Assembly (NCBI RefSeq): GCF_032444005.1
Contig: NC_091284.1
Span: forward strand, 197,904,001 to 197,968,000
DNA: 64,000 bases
Source of the DNA: Ranitomeya imitator
Lineage: Eukaryota
Reading direction: 5' to 3'
The notes beneath the pieces are model-generated. The model was not told where the DNA came from. It searched no databases and saw only the letters and a list, made by a program, of their open reading frames with translations. This document shows, piece after piece, positions 40,301 to 52,300 of this stretch; within the stretch, counting starts at the first letter, position 1, and each line of letters begins with the position of its first letter. Position numbers and translations under genes: made by a program.

Positions 40301-43300
40301 GCTGCTGAATCTGGCCGAGCTTACAGGCTTTTCCTCAGGTGCCTCCCATCCTTGGCATTTTGCTAGATTTTTAGCTGGCTAGCAGTGAGCAGTCCAGTGT
40401 CATCTGTATCTTCGCTTAGTTTGGAGTGTGCTTAGCTCTGTGCCTGATTGAGTCTTATTCTCTGATCTTGTTGCCGAACCTAGGAATTGTCGTGACCATT
40501 TGTGTGGATTATCCCTTCTGCTCCTGACATTCTGACTTCAGGTACCTGACCCCGGACATGGCCACTGACTATTCATTTATCTTACTCACTAGTCTTGCCA
40601 TACCCTCCTGGCATTTGATCCCGGACTGCTACCTGACCACATCTTTGTCTTTGTAGTGACTCTGTGTCCCAATTTCCCACTGCAGACATGTCTATTGAAG
40701 GATATTTACCCCAAAAGTTACATATTTTCTAAATTGACTGCTGCGTGATCTGTCAATCTGATATATTCTGAATAAATTCTAATTAAGCATCTCCATATTC
40801 CCATTGTGGTGGGCAGTTACCTTCTTCTAAAAGAAGTTCATCGTATTCCTTGTAAATTATGTAATTCTTATCCTTCAGGTAGAAAAAATTCGGAAAGCAG
40901 TTGGTAAAGAATTCCACGCTGTTACCGGTATTAAAGATCTTAAGGTAGGATTGTATATGCACATCTATATTTCCACAAACCAAATGCAATATTTGGCCAC
41001 ACATGTTCATGCAATATAAATGTAAAATATGAATTTTGACACGTTACATTGCTAGACCATTATTTGATAGAAACTTTAACGTTTTCTCTTTACATATTTA
41101 CATACAATGCAACGATTATTTCACCGATCCTTGAATCCTCAACACCTATAATATATTAGTTCTATTTTATTATGCCAAATAGTGTTCCTAAACTTTTAGT
41201 TGAGCTGTCCATTACTAGGACAACCCCTTCTCAGTCTTAAGGTTTGCCCCTGTTTAAAATAAAAACACTTATACTCCCCTCCAATGCTGCCACCGTTTCT
41301 GCGGTGTCAACCTCGTTACCCCTGGGAACGCGAGTGCTAGGTCAGTCACACAAGCCCTGCGTCCAATCAGCACCAGCTTAACTGACACCGCCTTTTGGAC
41401 ATATAGGCAAATAACAGGAAGCAAAGTTCTCACTTCCTCCTTTACCCAACTGCCTTAAGAAGGGTCCTTGATTCTCAGTGCTGCTTTTTTTTTCTATGGC
41501 ACTGAGGATTAAGTAAGTTGGATGAAAATGAATTCAGTGTTGACCCCAGCTGAGGACGTTTCTAGATGGTTAACAGAGTGGGATCCCATTTTAACCCGAT
41601 CTGAACACCGCAGTCGCAATTACAATAGTTGCAACGCATGGGGTACAATGACGTCTTAGGCCTGCTATCAGCAGGGTCTAACAGGGCATGTCTGTGTAAA
41701 ACTGACAGGTCTCATTCATTGTAGTATAGAAGTATTGCAGTGTATGAGATCAGCAATCAAAGTGAAAAATGCTAGTAGAACCAAATTAAAAAATTAAAAA
41801 AATAAATATCCATAATTGGTACTGAACTACAAACTGTCACAATACTTATCCTCTACATTAATCATCATAAAGAATATGGTGATACAAAAAAACTGTTTTG
41901 GAAAGTATATAGTGTGCAAAAGTTAAAAAAAGCCAACAACAAAAGCCTTTTATGTAATTTGAGATCACTGTATTCATACTGACTTGAGGTACAAAGCTAT
42001 CCGATCACTTTTACAGCACGGTGAATGGTGTTAAAAAATTAATTTCTAGGGTTTGTTCATCACTTACCCCGATGATGCATGGCGTAAAAAAATGCCTCCT
42101 CAAAATCTGTATAAGGGCTAATTCAGATGTCCATTTTCACAAATAGATCTCGTATCTAGTACAATATATGGGGTTACAGTATTCTGGAAAAACTTTTTTG
42201 TTAGTTAGGAATTAAAATGGCAGAATTGATATAATGCTGATGATTACACACTGTCCCTTTTAACAGATTGGCTCTGTGGAAGAGTTTCAGGGCCAGGAAC
42301 GGAAGGTGATCCTTATATCTACAGTGCGGAGTTGCATGGATTATGTAACTTTTGATGAAGAATTTAGTCTTGGATTTCTGAAAAATCCTAAGGTAAGTTA
42401 GAAGAGATGTGAAGCATAAATATGCATGGCACAGCTAAATATCCTTGTGCAGTCTATAACTTTCAGAAAACATCACTGGACTCTGACTGCTGTTGCAGTA
42501 AACCTGTGTACCTCCTGGTGCGTATGGATTAGATTAGAGCAGAAATGGTATGCCAAACTCTGGCTTATGGGACAAATCTGGCCCACAGAGTGATTCCAGT
42601 CAGGTCCCACAAGTACATTTGTCTCACGATTCCCCCCGCCTGGCATCACACTCTCAACTATATCGGCTTCCTAGATGCCGATACAGTTCAAAGCAATGAT
42701 GGAGGAGGGAGTATCACCTGACGCACGCACACGCGCATGCGCACACGCACACAGGCACAATGGGCACCATATCGTTATTATCATGCAACCACTGTACTGA
42801 GCTGTGCAGAGGACCTGAAGAGATCAGAGCAGCTGGGAAACGGGCAGAGGTATTTTATATTATTTTTGTTACATTCGGCGGGAACGTTAAAATATCACAC
42901 GGGGACACATCCGCATACAATGCATGACTACGCATGTCCATGCATACACAATGTTAAAGATAGGTAGGCAGGATGGATGCGGATGTATGCGCATCTGAAG
43001 GTAAGAAGTACGCAGCCCTATGCTGCGTACACAAACTTTACTGTGAAACCGGCCTTACATAGGGAAGGGGAGCTCAGCAGCTCTCCTGGAGTCTGAATCT
43101 TTGCTACACCTGCAATTTACATCCACTACCGAAGACAGTATGAACTAGGCAGAGAAGCATGGTGTTGAAGATAAATGGAGCAAAATGGGGTAATGAAGAA
43201 AATTCCAAAGAGGTTTTTGGTCTTCAGGAAATTTCTGTCCCGAAGTGCAGGTTGTTGTAAATAAATACACACCCAAAATAGCTTAAAGCAGATTTCTCAG

Positions 43301-46300
43301 TGCAAGATGTGTAACAATCTGCTCTCATTGATCTCCCTGACAAACTGTAGAAGTGGATAGTGTCTGGAGCAGAGAGGAGTGTGATTGACATTTCAGCTTT
43401 CATCACAGCAGCCAGTGTGAGGCGGAGCAGCAGTACATCAGAGCTGAGTTTTCTCATTGCAAACCTTTGTCGCCTCAGCTGTAGGTCTCCCTCACACTAG
43501 CTGCTGTGATGAAAGCTGAAGAAGTGTTAGTAATCACACTTATGTCTGCTCTACATTAGGAACTACATAATTGCACACTGCTGTGTCTCACACTGAGAAA
43601 CCTGCTCTAAGCTGTTATTGGGGGCATGTTCTTCTTCCTCCTGCATGTTTCTGCCTGCTTAAAGATTTGTAAATATTTGTAAAAAGTACATGTATTCAAA
43701 TGTGTGCAATTTTCTTTGCTTATCAAGAAAATTATGTTATAGCATAAAATGGAACTGCCTCACATAGTAACCATTATTCCCATCATCCATTGGACATTCG
43801 TATCCTTCCTTCATCATTCATATTCATCCATTCATTGTTCACCATTCATCATCCATCCATTGTCTATATATATAATTGTCTAAGGGTTTTTCCGTCTTTC
43901 TGTCTGTCTGTCTGTCTGTCCAGGAAATCCCGCGTCTCTGATTGGTCGAGGCCGCCAGGCCTCGACCAATCAGAGACGGGCACAGCATCGACGTAGAAAT
44001 CCCACGTCTCTGATTGGTCGAGGCCGCTAGGCCTCGACCAATCAGCGACGGTCACAGGGACGATGATGTCATAAAGGACGTAGACATCCCGCGTCTGATT
44101 GGTCGAGGCCGCCAGGCCTCGACCAATCAGCAACGGGCACAGTATCGACGTAGATGTCATAATGGTTGCCATGGCGACGATGTCATAAAGGTTGCCTCGA
44201 CGAATCAGCGACGGGCACAGTCTGCCGCGAATTCTGGAATCATCATTGTCCATATACTACGGGGACATGCATATTCTAGAATACCCGATGCGTTAGAATC
44301 GGGCCACAATCTAGTTATTCATATTCCTCATCCTCATTGAAAATAATGTCATTTTTGACCTCCCGTTAAATCTTCTAACTGTAAATGTTCTTTTTGTCTC
44401 ATCAGAGATTTAATGTGTCCATAACAAGAGCAAAGGCCCTCTTGATCATGGTTGGTAATGCCATCATCCTACAGAAAGATCCAATTTGGTCTCGGTAAGT
44501 AACAGATGGTTATGCCTGTATACAAAGACGATTTTATCAAGCATCTCAGCATTTAGAATTCAGAGTGACTTTGTCCCAGCTGATTAGTGAAAGCTCATGC
44601 AGTAGAGAGAGAATTGCTTAGTAATGTTAAGGGAAACTTTGGTAAAGATTAGGGAAATCAAATTCATACTGCTTAGCTGCGTTTTCCCAGAGACATGCAT
44701 AGACATGAGTCCCAGCATGTTGTGTGCTCTTGTCAACCATAAAAGCTATTGTGCTCGCCTCCATTACTTTGGGGCATTGTTGTCTCTTCATCAACACAAG
44801 TTGTGTTTTATTGTAAATGTATACACACACAAACCTTCATGCACGCGCGCTGTGTGCATATATATAATATATGTGTGTGTGTGTTGTGTTATTACAGACA
44901 CAATGGAATCAATGAGTCTCACCAATTTTTTTCAACTCTTTATTCATAGAACAGTTTTAACCAGCTAAATAAAGCAGATCTAATAAAGTGTTGGGATATG
45001 GTGGATTAGAAGGTTTTCGCCTTGTTCCTATTTTAACAGAACATCAGGAGTGGCAGAGTTGGCAAAACCAAATGTGGGCATTTAGGAGTTGACCTTGACC
45101 ATTACTGGTGGCCCTTGGATAGGGACTTTAAGTTTTGAAGAATACTTTTAGTGGGATGACCACATTAAAGTGTAAAGTGTGTATTTACAATAAATATCCG
45201 GTAAAAAATGTAGTGTATTTGCAAAACTGTACATCCTTTTCATGCGTAATGGTGTCCTATGCTGACTTCCTGTGATTATTGGGTAGGTCCACCCTCAGTT
45301 GTGAGCTGACATGTTCCATAGCTTATATCACATGTAGTGTGATCAATAAATAAATGATCCCCACTATGGTACTAATATAAAAAACAATATTTTATTAGGA
45401 TAACCATTTCCATAAAAATGTTTTTACAAAATATCTATAACTGCATGTAAAGAGTACAAGATCCACAAACAAGGGACAATACTGCCATAGGTAATCTCAC
45501 TAACAATAGGGCTGATATATAGTATGCATATGGACTCACAATCCGTCACTACAAGTCATCACCGAAGCACAAACATATGTATATATTCATAACCTTGCAG
45601 CGATGTGAGCAATAGGGCAAATGATACTAGTACACTTAATAAATAAAATAGAGTAATTGTACCCTCTATGCTGACACTACCTGAGCGTGTGACGCTGATA
45701 ATATAGGTGCTACAATGACTAATAGCGGTTAAATGGTTACCTTGCAATCAGCCTGTGGAGATACCTCGGCGTCCCTCTGCCCCGACGCGCGTTTCGCAAT
45801 GCTTCTTCGGGAGCAATTTTCTCCACAATTCTGAGGAGGGAGATGAGATGAGATGTTCGCAGAAGCTAACTGCAATGTAACCGTAGGAGGTGCATATACA
45901 GTACTTCCTGGCTAAAGGGAGAAGTTGATATCTATCCTCAGAGAAGAAAGCAAACTTGAAGAGGATTGAGTAAATACTAAAAAAAAATAAAGGGTGAAAA
46001 ATTACGTTCCAGAATGTTTTTTTTTCCCCTCCCATTTCTGGGAAAACCTTAATAAATGTCCTGTTGCAAGGACCTTACCGACAACGGTATCATGCAACTG
46101 GTCTGTAGAAAGTTTCTAGTATATAGACATAGAGGCTGGACAGAATCCTGCACTGAGCAGGGGGTTGGACATCTTTGAAGGTCAGTTCCAACTCGAATAT
46201 TCTATGATTCTATGATGTATCAAATCGGGTGAGTCCTTGCTGTTTTGAGGGTAAAGGTGGTGCTCTCCAGCACTATCATGTTGTCCATGTGACTCTTGTG

Positions 46301-49300
46301 TTGAATTTTTAGGCCAGAAGGCTGGGACTACATAGTTACTTTGGCAGCGCGATGTTTACTGTGGCCAAAGATTGCTCAAATATTCTACTAACCAGCAATA
46401 TAGTAGAAACTAATATGGTCATGTTATGATGCGCAAACCACAAAAAAATCAAATTACCGTATTTGTTTTTTGCGACTTGCATGTTGCAGTTATGGCTACC
46501 TGCCGGTTGCAGCGCGGCCACACTCACTTTGATTACACTGTGTAGGAGTGGCATTGTGCAACCCAAGTTACACAGTGTGTGTCTTAGCCAAAGTTGCCAA
46601 GTAGACCCAGACGTAAACCTAAAAATATATCTCTTGGAAAGAACAGGCACAAATCTGTTGATGGTTAACAATGACGGAACCCACTTTTATGAACTCCTTG
46701 TTAATATTCTCTAATCTTAATCAGGTTTCTAAAGTTTTGCACTGATAAAGGTGGTGTTCGTGGCTTCCAAGCAGATGACCTCGAAGATCTGAATGAATCT
46801 GAACTGACAGAACTCTTTGGAAATATGAGTGTTAATGACCCACCAGCTTGTAAGTAAAGAGAATCTAGAGCATACATTTACTGTTCCTGATGCCATTTGA
46901 TGTACTGTAGAGTATTTTTCTTAGGGGAACAATGGCTACCGGTGAGCCAAAGCTCTGTCAGCATCTATAGTGATGGATTTCAAGCTTTATTTCTCTAGCT
47001 GTAGTAAAATATTTTGGGTTAACCGAACACTTGACTGCGGTATTCTCGAAGCTTCCTTCCAACTAACTCCCTTCAATAACAACTCCACCCTTTAACAGCC
47101 CTGCTCCCGCTCCCACGAAACACCCCTTCATCCCAAGTGAACACTCGTACACCTTTTTCTTTGGATAAATTGGCCAAATCGTGCTTTTATTAACAGACAT
47201 TACAATAAATAACTTTTTGTAAGGAGTTTCTTAGAGCTCCAAAACCTGGCGGAAACCAGTAAATAATGATTAACAGATAGGCATTACCCCAATCCGCAAC
47301 CACAGGCTCGGGGGCGCCTTTGTTGTCGGAAAATCTTTTCCATAACACCGACTCTCGGGGGCCCCCACCCTGTAGAGCCACAAAATCCGCCAGGCAATTA
47401 ACCAAAATCCAAACATGAAGGGGAGGTTACCATCTACCTGATGTACAATCCCTCCCTGACAATTTTGCCAGCAACTCCAAGAACCCCCTCCCCATTGCTC
47501 GCCGAAATGACCCAATGACCACATCATCCAACACTTTTGATATTTTTACCTGACTTGAACCCCTAAATTAAAGGGCAAGACCTTTGCTCTTGGTACCTCG
47601 TGCCGATTGCTAGCCCTTACCCTTTCTCAGACAAACACTGCTCCACTGTAAACATCCCCCCCTTTACTGTCCAAGCCCTCTGAACTGTTGACCCTTCTGA
47701 GCCCCGGGCTTCTAACCATATTCATTTTAACCCTTGCTTGCCCTACAAACCAAGTCATGGGGCACTCTTCCCATGTTTTTTCTGAGGGCGACGTTTTAAC
47801 TTTCCCTTTTATCTCTCTTAAGCCCTTCCCTACCTGTGACGCCACGTAGGCGTCATGAAAGTCTGTGCCAATCCGACCTGTGACACCTATGTGACATCAT
47901 GGTGGGATCGCGTTCCTGAAGGTCGGGTGAACGGGTTAACTCAAATGTCACCCGACCTGCAGGTACAGGGGAACGTGATTGGCTTTGCCCCCCGTGGCTA
48001 CAATCGCTTTGATTGGCTGTTGAAAGTGAAACAGCCAATCAGAGCGATTGTCATATTTCACCAATGAAACTTGGTGAAATATTACAATCAGGCCATGGCC
48101 GATGCTGCAATATCATCGGTCACGGCTGATGCTGCAATATCATCGGCCATGGCTGGAGACTGGGATCTGCCCCCGCTGTCAGTCTTTCCTCCCCTCAGTC
48201 CTGTCCTCCGCTGTCCTCCTCTCCCCTCCGTTCTGTCCTCTGCTCCCCCCGCTGTCCGCTTTCCCGTCCCCGTTATATCCCGAGTCCCGGTGTCCCATTG
48301 TCTGTCCGTCTTCCCTTATGGGTGCCGCCATCTTCCAAAATGGCGGGCGCATGCGCAGTGCGCCCGCCGAATCGGCTGGCAGATTCATTCACTCATTCAT
48401 TCATTCCAGGTACATTTTGATCACTGTGATAGACCCTATCACAGCGATCAAAATAAAATAGTAAATAAATCCCCCCTTTATCACCCCCGTAGGTAGGGAA
48501 AATAATGAAATAAAGAAAATTGTATTCATTTTAATTTTCCCTTCCCCCATGACAGCACACCTGAGAGAGGGATCTGCCCAGCCAGGACAGGAAACCTACT
48601 GAAAATAAAAGGGCGGTACCTCTCCCTCGCTTCAGTTGGGTTTATGTCCTGACTGGAACCCTAGTGCTGAAATCACGGTGGTTTTTTGAAGATGGATGAT
48701 CCACTCACCCACTCCTGTCCCGGCACTGGAAGAGCAGGTAGAGCGCCTGTATGTCAGCCTTCAGGTTGTGGAAGCGCCATTCACAGGTCCGGTGGGCTTA
48801 GCGCACATGCAGGCATTGGTTCAGCGCAGTACTGGGTCCTGGGGCTCTTCTGCAGCTGCTGCACCGCTCTCCCTTCTTTGCCGGCGGCCTTCAGCTCTGT
48901 GGCCTGATTTCTGGGTGCACGGACGGCGCTACACGCAGGGCACGCTGGGAATGGGCGTGCCTGTGTGACTTCAGTGCTGCGCGCCGGATCCAAGATAGCG
49001 GTGCCGATGGCACGAATGCTGGCCGGGATACAAAAGACGAGAAAGTGACTAGGTCCTTAGAGGATGTTATGTTTGGAAGAGAAAAGGAAGCGTACATTCC
49101 CAGTCAACGCTAGGGAGAAGGCCCTTATAGAGAAGGAGTGGAAGAAGCCTGAGAAATCTGGTAGCCTCCCCTCATCGTCTAAAACAGGGGTCCCCAACTC
49201 CAGTCCTCAAGGCCCACCAACATGTCATGTTTTCAAGATTTCCTTAGTCTTGCCCAGGTAATAATTGCATCACCTGTGCAATGCAAAGGAAATCCTGAAA

Positions 49301-52300
49301 ACATGACCTGTTGGTGGGCCTTGAGGACTGGAGTTGGGGACCTCTGGTCTAAAAGACTGTATCCCTTCGGGGAAAAAGATGCAGAGGTGTGGGATAAAGT
49401 CCATAAAATTGATGGTGCGGTAGCCAGGTCATCTAAAAAGTCATCCCTACCCTTAGAGGACTCGTGCATGTTAAGGGACCCATTGGTCAAAAAGGCGGGT
49501 GAGTTCTTAAGACACACCTGGGAGGCGGCCGCGGGGGGTCTGAAACCTGCAATAGCCGGAACATGTATTGACCGCTCCCTTATAGTCTGGCTGCAACAGA
49601 TAGAGGATCAGTTGAAAACTAAAGTACCAAGAGAAGAGGTCCTAGCCAATATGACACTGGTAAAAGGCGCTGCAGGCTTCCTAGCGGATTACTCAGTAGA
49701 CTCCGTAAGACTGGCAGCTAGGGCGGCAGGCTTATCTAATGGGGCTAGGCACGCTTTATGGTTAAAGGGGTGCCCGGGCGACTTGCCTTCAAAAAATAGA
49801 CTTTGTTCCATCCCATGTGACGGCCAATTCCTCTTTGGTTAGAAGCTGGAGGATATTTTTAGAGAAAGCAGAGGATAGGAAAAAAGGGGTTTCCTCGCCT
49901 TCCAGTGGATATTAGAAGACCTTCTTTTCGGAGGGGAAAATTTAATAGAGGCCGCCCCCCAGGAGATAGAAGGAACTAGGATTTCAGAGACCGAAAAGGA
50001 TCTGGGAACATGTTTAAGGGACCCTCTACATAATCAAAAAAGCCCTCCCAATGACGCCAGGCCAGAGGTAGGGGGAAGACTCTTTCTTTTTCCCTGCCTG
50101 GATAAATATCTCCCCCAGTCATTGGGTATTGAGTGTCATCAGAGACGGCCTAAAAATAGACTTTATTCGTCCACCTCGACAGACTTTTGTTTTGACACCC
50201 CACAGAAAATTCCCAAAAGAACAACTAGCCTTGGAAGCGGAGGTATTGGAGCTAGTGCTAAAACGGGTTCTTGTAGAAGTCTCGAAGGAAGAGGAAGGAA
50301 GAGGGTTTTATTCCCCTCTTTTTGATACAGAACCAGATGGTTCACTAAGGACTATTGTCAACTTGAGAAAACTAAATCGGTCAGTAGTAAATTGCTCCTT
50401 CAAAATGGAGTCGGTAAATACAGCGATAAAAATTTTGTTCCCTAACTGCTTCATGGCGGCTATAGACTTAAAAGATGCTTATTATCATGTCCCAATCCAT
50501 TTGGACTATCAAAAATTCCTGAGGGTAGCAGTATATGTCCAAGGACGACTCAGACACTACCAGTATGCAGGCTTCCCATTCGGTCTTTCTATAGCGCCAA
50601 GAATATTCACCAAGTTAATGTCAGAAGTCATGTCTTTCCTCCGTTCTTGAGACAGTTATAGTCCCATACCTAGACGACTTCCTTATAATAGGGAGGTCAG
50701 TAGATCACTGTTTCGGTCGCAGTCACTTCTCCTGTTTGTCCTAAATAGTATTGGGTTGGAAAATAACCTTGTTTTGATGACATTTAACACCAGAAAAAGT
50801 TCAATCCTTCCTCGGGTTGGTTCTGGACTCCAGGCACAAGCTCTGTCTCCTACCGGAGAACAAAATAATCAAAATACACAGTCTTGTGGAGTTGGCAATA
50901 CAGCAGCCTGTAATGATGCTAAGAAAAGCAATGTCCCTGCTAGGATCACTAACATCCTGTATACCCGCTGTGAGATGGGCACAATTTCACTTGAGACAAT
51001 TACAGTGGGAGGTCCTGTCAACACAAAAATTGTTAAAAGGGCATTTAGAGGGAAAAGTACACCTTTCAGTGGGCATGAGGGATTCCCTAATCTGGAGGAC
51101 TATAAGGGATAATTTGGCGTAGGGGGTTCAGTTGTTAACTCTGATAGAGGATGTGATCATGACAGATGCAAGTGGTACGGGATAGGGTGCACATCTAGGT
51201 ACCCTCTCGATACAGGGGTCCTGGTCCCGGCCAGAAAGAGATCAGACGACAAATATGAGAGTTATGGGCTGTCGAAAGAGCCTTAAAACATTTCCTCCCT
51301 ATCCTTCAGGGTCGTCATACCAGAATCATATCGGACAATTATGCAGTGGTGGCTTATATCAACCACCAAGGGGGAACAAGGTCTTTTTCCATTATGGGGG
51401 CAACATCTGTCCTCCAGTTAGCAGAACATCACCTACTATCCCTCACAGCTTTCCACATAAAGGGTGTCGAAAAAACACAAAAGCAGACTACCGATGTCTC
51501 AAAAGGTTAAAACAGGGAGAATGGTCATTGAATTCCCGGGTATTTCAACAGATGTGCAGGTCTGGGGCAAACCGGTAATAGACTTATTTGCCACTCTTCA
51601 CAACAAAAAGGTGGAGAGCTTCTGCTCGTTAGATCCGAGAGAGAAGCCAGTTGCGGTGATGCCCTTCAAATACTGTGGAAGTTCAGCATTGCTTACGTGT
51701 TTCCACCAATAGCTATGATTCCGATAGTAGTAAGAAAGATCAGAATGGAGCAAGCGAGGGTAATTCTTATTGTTCCTTCTTGGCTGAAAAGACCATGGTT
51801 CTCCTTCTTAAGACGGATGTCAGTAACCGATACATGGATTCTAGCAGAGCTTCCGGACCTGCTTGCCCAGGGACTAGTATGCCACTCTCAAGTGAAGGGT
51901 GTCCATCTAGCAGCCTGGAATTTGAGAGGGCATTATTGAGTCAGCAGGGATTCTCACCAGCGCTAGTCTCCACCCTGTTTGAAAGTAGAAAAGTGATCAC
52001 ATTGAAGAGGTTTCTGGAATTTTTTGGGGCAACCTTTGGGGGACGAGGCTCCTGTGGGTGCTGTGTTTGAGTGTATTGGTTGCCAACCCTAGGTGTAAAC
52101 CTGTTTGTAGAAACTCTAAGTACAAGTGTTGGCTTTAGGAGCCTTACAGTGGGGCAAAAAAGTATTTAGTCAGTCAGCAATAGTGCAAGTTCCACCACTT
52201 AAAAAGATGAGAGGCGTCTGTAATTTACATCATAGGTAGACCTCAACTATGGGAGACAAACTGAGAAAAAAAAATCCAGAAAATCACATTGTCTGTTTTT

